Of a stretch of DNA of 64,000 bases, positions 48,257 to 57,537 are shown one piece after another. Origin of the DNA: Halomonas sp. (lineage in GTDB: Bacteria > Pseudomonadota > Gammaproteobacteria > Pseudomonadales > Halomonadaceae); assembly GCA_017983445.1 (NCBI GenBank), contig JAGOBJ010000001.1:125632-189631 (forward strand), in the 5' to 3' direction. Under the pieces are notes generated by a model. The model was not told where the DNA came from, made no database searches, and saw only the letters and a program-made list of their open reading frames with translations. The position numbers and the translations under genes are program-made. The first letter of the stretch is position 1. The number at the start of each line of letters is the position of its first letter.

Positions 48257-50038
48257 TTAGTGATCAATCGCTGCACCAGCACCTTTTGGATAGCGAACGC
48301 TTTCTACCAGCTCGCGAATCTCCTGCGGCGGTTTGGCAGTAACGCTTGATACCGCGAAGGCCACGATAAAGTTGATCATCGCACCGATTGCACCAAAGGA
48401 GAGCGGAGAAATACCCATGATCCAGTTATCCGGGGTATTAGCCAGCGTATTGGTGCCTGGAATAAAGAACCAGCCCAGATAGGTGAAGATATACAGCAGC
48501 GTACAGATCAGACCTGACAGCATACCGGCAATTGCACCTACGTTGTTCATGCGGGTCGAGAAAATACCCATCATCAACGCCGGGAACAGCGAGGCACCGG
48601 CAATACCGAAGGCAAGAGCCACCGTCTGGGCCGCAAAGCCGGGAGGGTTCAAGCCCAGATAAGTGGCCAGCAGGATAGCACCTCCCATGGAGATCCGGGC
48701 TGCGAGCATTTCACCTTTTTCGGAAATCTTCGGATTGATCATGGTCTTGATCAAGTCGTGACTGATAGCCGAGGAGATAGCGAGCAGTAGACCGGCTGCT
48801 GTTGAAAGGGCTGCCGCAATACCGCCAGCCGCGATTAAGCCGATCACCCAACCGGGCAAGTTAGCGATTTCCGGGTTAGCAAGTACCAGAATATCGTTGT
48901 TAACCGTCAGCTCGTTGCCTTCCCAGCCGCGGTCAGTATAGTCAGCAGTATCGTTGTAAAACTGGATACGGCCGTCATTGTTCAGGTCGTTGAAGGTAAT
49001 CAGGCCGGTGTCTTCCCAGGTGCGGAACCAATCTGGGCGCTCTTCATAAAGAATTGGCGCTTGTGCTGCATCTTCGTAGTTTTCGACCTGGCCAGCCATT
49101 TCCGGATAAACCGTGGTCATCAGGTTCAGGCGCGCCATGGAGCCCACCGCCGGTGCGGTAAGGTAGAGCAGGGCGATAAACACCAGCGCCCATCCCGCTG
49201 ACCAACGCGCATCAGACACTTTGGGTACGGTGAAAAAGCGAATGATGACGTGAGGAAGACCCGCGGTACCCACCATCAGTGACAGGGTGAACAGCACCAT
49301 GTTGAGCTTGTTGTCCACATCTGCGGTGTAATCTTGAAAGCCTAGCGCACTGACCACGCTATCAAGCTTCTCAAGCAGCGGAACGCCCGACTCAGTATGT
49401 GTACTGAACATGCCGAACATGGGGATCGGGTTGCCGGTAAGCTGGAACGCAATAAACACCGCAGGAATGGTGTAGGCCACAATCAGAACGATGTACTGAG
49501 CTACCTGGGTGTAGGTGATCCCTTTCATGCCGCCGAAAACGGCATACAGGAATACGATCAGCGCAGCGAGCCAGATACCCCAAGTGTTGCTGACTTCCAG
49601 AAAGCGTGAGAAAGCCACGCCCGCGCCGGTCATCTGGCCGATGACGTAAGTCACCGAGGCAATGATCAGACACACGATGGCGACGAAGCGAGCCGTGTTG
49701 CTGTAGAAGCGGTCACCGATGAAATCCGGCACGGTGAACTTGCCGAATTTGCGCAGGTACGGCGCCAGCAGCATCGCAAGAATAACGAAGCCGCCGGTCC
49801 AGCCCATCAGGAATGTGGAGTTGGCATAGCCACCGGAGGCCAGAAGACCCGCCATGGAGATAAACGAAGCTGCTGACATCCAGTCAGCGGCTGTTGCCAT
49901 CCCGTTGGTAATCGGGTGAACGCCGCCACCGGCAACGTAGAAGTCTTTAGTGGATCCCGCACGCGCCCAAATCGCGATACCGATATACAGGGCGAAGGAG
50001 GCGCCAACGAACAGTAAGTTAATTGCAAACTGGCTCAT
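48257..50038 (-). CDS. actP: Sodium:solute symporter, ActP-like acetate permease
   Basis: NGMATAADWMSAASF, GKFTVPDFIGDRFYS, GTAGLPHVIIRFFTVP; in acs/crbSR locus. Confidence 0.88.
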   Translation of the reverse strand: MSQFAINLLFVGASFALYIGIAIWARAGSTKDFYVAGGGVHPITNGMATAADWMSAASFISMAGLLASGGYANSTFLMGWTGGFVILAMLLAPYLRKFGKFTVPDFIGDRFYSNTARFVAIVCLIIASVTYVIGQMTGAGVAFSRFLEVSNTWGIWLAALIVFLYAVFGGMKGITYTQVAQYIVLIVAYTIPAVFIAFQLTGNPIPMFGMFSTHTESGVPLLEKLDSVVSALGFQDYTADVDNKLNMVLFTLSLMVGTAGLPHVIIRFFTVPKVSDARWSAGWALVFIALLYLTAPAVGSMARLNLMTTVYPEMAGQVENYEDAAQAPILYEERPDWFRTWEDTGLITFNDLNNDGRIQFYNDTADYTDRGWEGNELTVNNDILVLANPEIANLPGWVIGLIAAGGIAAALSTAAGLLLAISSAISHDLIKTMINPKISEKGEMLAARISMGGAILLATYLGLNPPGFAAQTVALAFGIAGASLFPALMMGIFSTRMNNVGAIAGMLSGLICTLLYIFTYLGWFFIPGTNTLANTPDNWIMGISPLSFGAIGAMINFIVAFAVSSVTAKPPQEIRELVESVRYPKGAGAAIDH

Positions 50039-50044
50039 GCTGGC

Positions 50045-50305
50045 TTACTCCTCAAGGCCATATTTTTTATCGAGCTTATTCATTCTCCAGGCATAGAAGA
50101 AGATAAGCACAATGAAGGTAAGAATGGAGCCTTGCTGAGCAAACCAGAAGCCCAGGTCTGCCCCCCCCACTGGAATGCCCGCTAAAAGCGGACGAAACAG
50201 GATCGCACATCCATAAGAAACGAATGCCCAAACAATCAGGCATCCGAAGATTAAGCGGACGTTGGCTTTCCAGTATTCAGCAGCATTGGATTTGTCGTCT
50301 GCCAT
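50045..50305 (-). CDS. DUF4212 family small membrane protein (SSS partner)
   Basis: YWKANVRLI, GFWFAQQGSI, YAWRMNKLD; directly upstream of actP. Confidence 0.88.
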   Translation of the reverse strand: MADDKSNAAEYWKANVRLIFGCLIVWAFVSYGCAILFRPLLAGIPVGGADLGFWFAQQGSILTFIVLIFFYAWRMNKLDKKYGLEE

Positions 50306-50536
50306 TGTGTTGCTCTCCACTTGTTTTTTAAGGTTTGGAAAGTTCACTAGGAATAGCGTTTGGCGTATCAGGGTAATGGCACACCAAAGCTACTTGCTTC
50401 TTAGTTATCTTTTTGGTCTGTTGCTGTTTAAGCTAGTTGACCTTTTAGGTCTTGGGTAAGTTTTAATTAGCTATATGCAATTACCCTGAATGATACATGG
50501 TTAATACTGGACAATAATCGCTAAAAAATAAATCCC

Positions 50537-50547
50537 AGACTTTGGTA
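50537..50547 (-). promoter_or_regulatory. Candidate CrbR/ErdR box upstream of DUF4212-actP
   Basis: Minus-strand TACCAAAGTCT. Confidence 0.6.
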
Positions 50548-50986
50548 TCACTACGCTTTGCCAGGTGGTTTTTTTGTTTTTAAGTTAATGAAAATTAATA
50601 TTTTTGTGAGGCTTTTCCGATAAGCTACGCTGTCCTTGTACGATGGTCTAGTGTTTGGCTAAAAGATAATGTTTGCTACTTTGAAAAGATGGTTTGATAT
50701 TAATAGTTGTGTGATTAAAAAAGCACTACTTTAGTCGTTAGAACCAACGTCGAGTCGACGTTGGAGTAATAGCTAAAGGTATATATGAATGAATGGTTTT
50801 AACCGCTAAACAGGATGAGTTTTTTAAAAGCGGTTGCTGAATACGGTATTTATATTCACCGTCTAATAATAACAAGCGACATACGGGTTTTTGAGGGTTG
50901 CCTGCTGCAATGGCTATCTCACTGCCATCGCTGGTGTGCTTCTGCCAGCTTGCTGTATGAGCTTTTGTTGTGTGAGGTCAGGCCCG

Positions 50987-52798
50987 ATGGTTGATGTTGA
51001 GCTGTCCCAACTGCCGTTTACGCTACTTGATGATGAAGGGCGTGACTTCGTTCGTCGAGGTATGGACCTCGCCTATTTCGATCGTGATGAAATTATTTTA
51101 GAAACGGGCGCCACGGGCGAGTATGCATTTCTGATCCATAGAGGTGACGTCGCTGAGATTGACCCCACCTTACCCGCAGCCAGCGCTGTTATCGGGCACT
51201 ACACAGCAGGCGATCTGTTCGGCGCCATCAGTATTTTAAGCGGTAAAAGCCGCTATCGCTTCCAGGCCGAACAGGAGTGCTTGTGTTACCTCATGCCCAG
51301 TGCCCTGTTTACGCAGCTGTGCCGACAGTATCCGCCGTTTGAGCAGTTCTTTCGGCAATCGCTTGCTCATAAGGCGCGTTTATTAACCGAAAAGCGCGCC
51401 GAAGGGGGCGTGACCATGGCGGGCTTCATGCTGGCCAAGGTTGGTGAGTGTATGCGTAAGCCCCTGTTGATGGAGGCCTCAACCGATATCGCCGGAGCGG
51501 TTAAAAAGCTCAATGACAGCCATGCCGATAGCTTACTGGTCGAAACCCAAGGCAAGCTGGGCATGATCACGAAAACCGATCTGCTCAATGCGCTGGTGCT
51601 GGAGGGATGTACGCAGGCAACGCCAGTGGAGCAGATCGCCCACTTTTCACTGGTGACGGTGACTCCTGAGCAGTATCTCTTTGAAGCATTGGTGTTAATG
51701 ACACGGCATAAAGTGACTCGTGTTGTCGTGATGGAGCAGTCAGTGCTCAAGGGCGTGGTTGAAATCACCGATGTCCTGAGCTTTTTCTCCAGCCGAAGCT
51801 ACGTGGTGAGCCTACAGGTAGAGCAGGCCAGCGATTTGGAGTCATTGTCGGTGGCCAGCCAGCGCACCCCAGAGCTTGTTCGGGCGTTAATGGCGCAAGG
51901 CGTCAAACTGCGTTTTGCCATGGATCTTCTGGCCGCGCTTAATGGCCGTATTATGAGCAAAGCCTGGGGATTTATCATCAATGAGCAACACCATCATGAC
52001 AGTTGCCTGATGGTGATGGGCAGTGAAGGGCGTGGGGAGCAAATTCTTAAAACAGATCAGGATAACGGGCTGATTTTAGATGACGATGCCCAGTGGCCCG
52101 GTGTGGCGGGTGATATGCAGCGCCTTACCCATACCCTGATAACGTTGGGCTATCCGCCTTGCCCCGGCAATATTATGGTATCTAACCCCCAGTGGGTTGC
52201 CAGCGTCTCACAATGGAAAAAACGCATCGCCAAATGGGCCCGCGAGCGCGATGGCGATAGCCTGATGAAGCTTGCCATCATGCTGGACGCCCATTCGGTC
52301 GCGGGCAATCCACGCTTGCTGGAAAGCGTGCGCGAGGCCTTGTTTGAACGCTGTGCGGGGGATGAGATTCTGCTTTCCTACTTTGCGCGCCCGGCGCTGC
52401 GCTTTGCAACGCCGCTGACTCTGTTTGGCTCGCTTAAAAAGCCTCAGCACGGCATCGATATCAAGAAAGGCGGCATCTTTCCGATTGTACACGGCGTACG
52501 CACCATGGCGCTGGAGCGACGCATTAACGTAACGTCAACTCAGGGGCGGTTGGAGGCGCTGGCTGATGATGGCCGCCTTGAACACCGGGTTGCCGATGAT
52601 CTGGGAGAAGCGCTGGCGCTATTTACCGAGCTGCGTCTCAAGCAGCAGCTGAGTGAGAAGAGTATCAGCGGGCACTCCAACCGCGTTGTGGTACAGGAGC
52701 TGTCATCGCTGGAGCGGGATGTGCTACGTGAATCGCTGCATATCGTTAAAGACTTCAAACAGCGTCTCTCTCACCGCTACCACTTAGAGTACTCATGA
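50987..52798 (+). CDS. cNMP-binding + CBS pair + DUF294 nucleotidyltransferase-like protein
   Basis: cNMP fold GDLFGAISIL; two CBS domains; NTase motif MGSEGRGEQ...TDQDN; DIKKGGIFPIVHGVR. Confidence 0.9.
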   Translation: MVDVELSQLPFTLLDDEGRDFVRRGMDLAYFDRDEIILETGATGEYAFLIHRGDVAEIDPTLPAASAVIGHYTAGDLFGAISILSGKSRYRFQAEQECLCYLMPSALFTQLCRQYPPFEQFFRQSLAHKARLLTEKRAEGGVTMAGFMLAKVGECMRKPLLMEASTDIAGAVKKLNDSHADSLLVETQGKLGMITKTDLLNALVLEGCTQATPVEQIAHFSLVTVTPEQYLFEALVLMTRHKVTRVVVMEQSVLKGVVEITDVLSFFSSRSYVVSLQVEQASDLESLSVASQRTPELVRALMAQGVKLRFAMDLLAALNGRIMSKAWGFIINEQHHHDSCLMVMGSEGRGEQILKTDQDNGLILDDDAQWPGVAGDMQRLTHTLITLGYPPCPGNIMVSNPQWVASVSQWKKRIAKWARERDGDSLMKLAIMLDAHSVAGNPRLLESVREALFERCAGDEILLSYFARPALRFATPLTLFGSLKKPQHGIDIKKGGIFPIVHGVRTMALERRINVTSTQGRLEALADDGRLEHRVADDLGEALALFTELRLKQQLSEKSISGHSNRVVVQELSSLERDVLRESLHIVKDFKQRLSHRYHLEYS

Positions 52799-53448
52799 GT
52801 CGCGCTATGCAGAGAACCGATAACTACCTTACGCTGCTGGGTCGCTCACTGCGGGCGTTATTCAAACGTGAAAGCGAGCGTCGCCGCTATGCCAACTCCC
52901 CCTATGCCTGGCTGTTTCGGCCCTATATGGGCGAAGAGCTGGTGGCGCTGGCCTGTCAAGTGACGCCAGGAGAAACACCCGTATTAAGCTTTGCCGCGGT
53001 GGTATTGAATCAGCAGAAAATTCATACCAGCAGCGCATGGGTGGCTACGCTTGCCGACCCGCAGGCTGTTGATAGGACAGTGCTGCGTCGTCATCAAAGG
53101 CTTTATAATACTGAGACGGCGCTATCGCCGAGTACCGATACGCTGCGCGCGCTGGCCGAATTTATTGGCAACCGGCCACTCATTGGCTGGCAGTTGGACC
53201 AGCAGTTAACCGCCCTTAACAGTGCTTTTAGAGTTCACCTAGGGTTTGGACTGCCCAACGCCCAGATTGATGTGGCTAAATTGCACCAGCGTCAGCTACG
53301 CCGTCTGCATCCGCTGGTCGAGTCGCCCTGCCAGTTTTCCGAGGCATTGGCCTGCTGGCAAGTCCCCGCTATCTCGACAAACGGTTTATTGGGCAAAGCC
53401 ACCGCCAGCGCCCTACTGTATATGCGCTTACAGCGTGATATGACGTAA
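52795..53448 (+). CDS. DEDDh 3'-5' exonuclease-fold protein, apparently catalytically inactive
   Basis: ATGA overlap with the DUF294 gene; scaffold EELVAL.C..T and FIGNRPLIG retained but acidic and His residues replaced. Confidence 0.75.
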   Translation: MSRAMQRTDNYLTLLGRSLRALFKRESERRRYANSPYAWLFRPYMGEELVALACQVTPGETPVLSFAAVVLNQQKIHTSSAWVATLADPQAVDRTVLRRHQRLYNTETALSPSTDTLRALAEFIGNRPLIGWQLDQQLTALNSAFRVHLGFGLPNAQIDVAKLHQRQLRRLHPLVESPCQFSEALACWQVPAISTNGLLGKATASALLYMRLQRDMT

Positions 53449-53556
53449 TCAGGTCAGCTTCTAGTATGCAGATGACGTGATTTTGCCAGTTGGGTGAACG
53501 ACGGGAGTCTTGTTAGAATAGCCGCTGCTCCTTCTTTCATTGGCAGTGCTTATATC

Positions 53557-54468
53557 ATGCAACACCTCGATCATTTTGACCCCGCCACGGCGACCGTTGC
53601 GCAAGCTTGCGACCTATCGGGCCAGCCCGAGCCTGATGACGCCAAACAAAAGCGTGAATTCAACAAGTTGCAAAAGCGGCTGCGGCGCGAGGTGGGTAAT
53701 GCCATCATCGATTACCAAATGATTAATGAGGGCGACCGCGTAATGGTCTGCCTGTCAGGTGGTAAAGACAGCTACACCATGCTGGAAATTCTGCGCAGCC
53801 TGCAGCGCAATGCGCCGGTGAATTTTTCGCTGGTGGCGGTCAATATGGACCAAAAGCAGCCCGGTTTTCCTGAGCATGTGTTGCCGCGCTACCTGGATAA
53901 ACTCGGCGTGGAATACCACATACTGGAGCGCGACACGTACTCGGTGGTGAAGGAGAAAACCCCCGAAGGCAAGACGACCTGTGCGCTATGTTCACGCTTG
54001 CGGCGCGGATCGCTTTACGGGTTTGCCGAAGAGATCGGGGCGAATAAAATTGCGCTGGGACATCATCGCGAAGATATTCTGGAAACGTTATTTCTGAATA
54101 TGTTTTTTGGCGGCACCTTGAAGTCGATGCCGCCCAAGCTGCTTTCCGATGACGGCAAAAATATCGTGATCCGTCCGCTGGCCTATTGCAAAGAAGCCGA
54201 TATCGCAGAGTTTTCCCGACTGATGGAATTTCCCATCATCCCCTGCAACCTGTGTGGTTCGCAGCCCAACATGCAACGTCAGGTCGTCAAGGAAATGCTT
54301 GCCGAGTGGGACAAGAAGCACCCCGGTCGCCTGGAAAGCATGTTCAAGGCGGTCACCAACGTTGCCCCTTCACAGCTGGCCGACCGTGAGCTATTTGATT
54401 TCGAAGGGCTGGAAGCCAAGCAGGAAGCGTTAATGGCTAGCCGCATTCAAACGCTTAGTGTGAATTGA
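53557..54468 (+). CDS. ttcA: tRNA 2-thiocytidine(32) synthetase
   Basis: PP-loop SGGKDS; [10 protein letters not shown]; LGHH; PCNLCGSQ. Confidence 0.96.
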   Translation: MQHLDHFDPATATVAQACDLSGQPEPDDAKQKREFNKLQKRLRREVGNAIIDYQMINEGDRVMVCLSGGKDSYTMLEILRSLQRNAPVNFSLVAVNMDQKQPGFPEHVLPRYLDKLGVEYHILERDTYSVVKEKTPEGKTTCALCSRLRRGSLYGFAEEIGANKIALGHHREDILETLFLNMFFGGTLKSMPPKLLSDDGKNIVIRPLAYCKEADIAEFSRLMEFPIIPCNLCGSQPNMQRQVVKEMLAEWDKKHPGRLESMFKAVTNVAPSQLADRELFDFEGLEAKQEALMASRIQTLSVN

Positions 54469-55207
54469 TCGTTTGATCATCCTCTTCGGTAAGCGTAATC
54501 AAGCGCTGCATGTCGAGGATATTGACCTCCCGCCCAGAGACGGCCACCACTTTATGCTGCTGAAAGCGGCTTAAAATACGGCTGACCGTCTCGACGGCCA
54601 ATCCCAGATAGTTGCCTATGTCGGCTCGCGCCATGGAGAGTCGGAAGCTGTAAGGTGAGTAGCCCCGACGTCGAAAGCGTTCCGACAGCGTCAGTAAGAA
54701 ACTTGCCAGCCGCTGATCGGCGGTCTTGCGCGATAAAAGCCGCATCATGCGCCGGTCATCGCGAAGCTCCTTGCTCATGCTGCGATACAACTGGCCGCGC
54801 AGCTCAGGCAGCTCCTCGGAAAGCGAGTCCAGACGATCAAACGGGATCTCGCAAATGGTTGTGGTTTCCAGCGCAATCACGCTGCCGGGGTAGTGCTCTT
54901 CGTCAATGCCGTCCAGGCCCACCAGCTCGCTGGGCAGAAAGAAATTGGTAAGCTGGTCGTTACCGTTACCCTCGCTGGTCACCTGCTTCAAGCTGCCCGA
55001 GCGTACCGCGTAAACACTGGTAAAGCGGTCACCCTGACGAAAAAGCGGCTCGCCCTTCTTAAGCGGAGCCCGGCGCCGGATGATGGCATCAAACTGCCCC
55101 ATGTCTTCAAGCTCAAGTGCGAGCGGCAGACACAGCGAGCTTAAGCTGCAGGTCTGGCAACGTGCCTCTTGCAGAGGCGCGCGTCGTTGGCTTGCAGGTG
55201 GTGGCAT
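54455..55207 (-). CDS. anr: O2-sensing FNR/Anr transcription factor
   Basis: [10 protein letters not shown] plus TICEIP Cys ligands; [19 protein letters not shown]; RBS GGAGG. Confidence 0.93.
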   Translation of the reverse strand: MPPPASQRRAPLQEARCQTCSLSSLCLPLALELEDMGQFDAIIRRRAPLKKGEPLFRQGDRFTSVYAVRSGSLKQVTSEGNGNDQLTNFFLPSELVGLDGIDEEHYPGSVIALETTTICEIPFDRLDSLSEELPELRGQLYRSMSKELRDDRRMMRLLSRKTADQRLASFLLTLSERFRRRGYSPYSFRLSMARADIGNYLGLAVETVSRILSRFQQHKVVAVSGREVNILDMQRLITLTEEDDQTINSH

Positions 55208-55275
55208 GAGTCCCTCCCAGGTTCCGTCTTTTTTGCTCACAAAAGGGTATGTGCTGCACGCGCTCATTTGGCCCG

Positions 55276-56703
55276 CTAAACCATTTTTGAATAGCGTTGA
55301 TTGGACTCTTCGAGCCAATAGGCATCAAACGCCATGGCCAATTGGCGAATCAGTAAACGACCAATCGGCGTTGCGCTAAGCGTATCACCCAAGCGGGTGA
55401 TTAGCCCATCCTGCTCAGCGGTATGCAGCTTTTCTAACGCATGTGAAAAATAATCGGCAGCGTCAATCTGCCAGCGCTGGCTGATGGCGGCTAAATCCAG
55501 GCGCATATCGCACATCAAGCGTTCGATAACGTCGGCTCTGATAAGATCATCCTTGGTCAATTGCAGGCCTTTTACGGTGGCCAGTCGGCCTTGGTCCAAA
55601 GCGTTTTCATAGGTCGCCAAGTCAGCCGGGTTTTGCGCGTAGCTATCGCCTACGTGCGAAATAGCCGATACCCCAAGCCCGATCAAATCGCACTTCGCGT
55701 GGCTGGAATAGCCTTGAAAATTACGTTGCAGCGTGCCGTTGGTCTGGGCAAGCGCCAGGCTGTCTTCAGGTTTGGCAAAATGATCCATGCCGATATGCAC
55801 GTAGCCAGCGGCTGTTAGCATCTCGATAGTGGTGTGCAGGATTGAAAGCTTTTCATCAGCGCCCGGCAGGTCGTCGGCATTAATGCGCCGCTGGGGCTTA
55901 AACCGCGTGGGCAGGTGGGCGTAGTTAAACACCGACAGGCGCGCCGGACTCAGCTCAATCACTTGCCTCAGCGTCTCGGCAAAGCTCTTTTCGGTTTGAA
56001 AGGGCAGACCGTAGATTAAATCCAGATTGAGCGAACGAAATCCCAGGCGGTGCGCTTCATCCATCAACGTTTCGGTAAGTACGCGCGGCTGGTGACGATT
56101 GATCGCTTTTTGAACGCGCGGATCCAGATCCTGCACGCCCAGGCTCAGCCGGTTAAATCCCAATGACTGCAAGTGACGCAAAGTAAATACATCGGCCTCA
56201 CGCGGGTCGATTTCAATTGCGTAATCGCGATCTGGCGCGCTTGAAAGCCCGAACCGAGCATCCAGACGGTCAATTAGATCGCCCATCTGTGCCAGCGAAA
56301 GAAACGTCGGCGTTCCGCCACCCCAGTGAAGCTGTTTAACGGGCCGTGAGGTGTCCAGGTGACGCGCGGTGAGGACCATTTCGCGATCCAGCCGAGAGAG
56401 ATAAGGCTCCGCCAGCGCGGTATTTTTGGTAGCGATTTTATTACACGCGCAGTAAAAGCAGATTTGGCGACAAAACGGCACGTGAACATACAGCGAAAGC
56501 GGGCGCTGGCTGGCATTGCTCTGCTCAAGCGCTTGACCCAGGTTAACCGCCGTAAAGCCTTCATGAAAAGCCAGTGCGGTCGGGTAGGACGTGTACCGCG
56601 GGCCGCTTTTATCGTAGCGGCGCAGCAGCGCTTCATCCCAGTGAGCGCTAGGCAATCCCGCAGTTGTAACGGGCAGGGAGGCCGCAGTGGCATGAACGGA
56701 CAT
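55276..56703 (-). CDS. hemN: Oxygen-independent coproporphyrinogen III oxidase
   Basis: GPRYTSYPTA, CRQICFYCAC radical-SAM motif, HWGGGTP, LQRNFQGY. Confidence 0.97.
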   Translation of the reverse strand: MSVHATAASLPVTTAGLPSAHWDEALLRRYDKSGPRYTSYPTALAFHEGFTAVNLGQALEQSNASQRPLSLYVHVPFCRQICFYCACNKIATKNTALAEPYLSRLDREMVLTARHLDTSRPVKQLHWGGGTPTFLSLAQMGDLIDRLDARFGLSSAPDRDYAIEIDPREADVFTLRHLQSLGFNRLSLGVQDLDPRVQKAINRHQPRVLTETLMDEAHRLGFRSLNLDLIYGLPFQTEKSFAETLRQVIELSPARLSVFNYAHLPTRFKPQRRINADDLPGADEKLSILHTTIEMLTAAGYVHIGMDHFAKPEDSLALAQTNGTLQRNFQGYSSHAKCDLIGLGVSAISHVGDSYAQNPADLATYENALDQGRLATVKGLQLTKDDLIRADVIERLMCDMRLDLAAISQRWQIDAADYFSHALEKLHTAEQDGLITRLGDTLSATPIGRLLIRQLAMAFDAYWLEESNQRYSKMV

Positions 56704-56771
56704 GAAAACGCCTCCGGTAGCTTAGAAATGAAAACCTACCCATAGGCTACCGCCGTTACGGCCAGAAAGTG

Positions 56772-56785
56772 TTGAGCTACGTCAA
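56772..56785. promoter_or_regulatory. Anr/FNR box upstream of hemN
   Basis: TTGAG-CTAC-GTCAA (TTGA-N6-TCAA), ~70 bp upstream of the hemN start. Confidence 0.65.
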
Positions 56786-57537
56786 TGATTGGTATGCGAG
56801 TGGGAATGATGTTGGGAGTCGGAGTGTGAGTGCGCGTGGTCGTGACCACCTAGATGAGCATTGAGCGTCCACAGCTGCCATAAGGCAAAGGCGATAATGG
56901 TTAGCGCCGCCAGGGTTCTGGTCGCCGGGTGACGGATAAGGTGGCCAAGCTTGCGCGCCGCTAGACCGGTAGCCAGCAGCGCAGGCAAGGTGCCCAGGCC
57001 AAACGCTCCCATCAGCAGCGCGCCTTGAAGCGGCTGGGCGATTGCCAGGCTCCACGCCAGCATTGAGTAAACTAACCCGCACGGCAGCCAACCCCATAGG
57101 GCGCCTAGCGCAAACGCCTGAGGGAAATGGACTACCGGCATCAAACGTCGCCCAACGGGTTCAAGGTGACGCCATAGGCGCTTTCCAACAGCTTCGACAC
57201 GCAAAAGTCCCTTCCACCAGTTGGCAATGTAGAGCGCCATTAAAATCAGCATTAGTGCCGCCAACCCCTGCAGTACCTGGCGGGCCAGGGGAGAAAGCGA
57301 AATCAGCGTGCCGAGGGCGGCGACCAAAGCACCTGCGGTCATGTAGCTTGTAATACGGCCCAGGTTGTAGCTCAGCAGCAGGCCGCCCATACGCGCTGGG
57401 CGGCGCATGCTGGGCGGTACGGCAAAGGTCAGCGCACTCATGATTCCCCCGCACATGCCAATACAGTGCGCACCGCCCATCAAACCAAACACAAACGCGG
57501 CGATAAGCGGTGGAAGATCAAGCCCGGTCGGATTCAT
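56782..57537 (-). CDS. DsbD_2/TauE-SafE-like membrane protein of cco loci, with His-rich tail
   Basis: GLMGGAHCIGMCGGI, YNLGRITSY, GWLPCGLVY, FGLGTLP. Confidence 0.88.
   Translation of the reverse strand: MNPTGLDLPPLIAAFVFGLMGGAHCIGMCGGIMSALTFAVPPSMRRPARMGGLLLSYNLGRITSYMTAGALVAALGTLISLSPLARQVLQGLAALMLILMALYIANWWKGLLRVEAVGKRLWRHLEPVGRRLMPVVHFPQAFALGALWGWLPCGLVYSMLAWSLAIAQPLQGALLMGAFGLGTLPALLATGLAARKLGHLIRHPATRTLAALTIIAFALWQLWTLNAHLGGHDHAHSHSDSQHHSHSHTNH

Noticed and set aside
50161-50168. C8/G8 tract in the DUF4212 gene as a phase-variation switch
   Set aside because: Short, encodes ordinary Val-Gly-Gly-Ala, and lies in a conserved metabolic gene.
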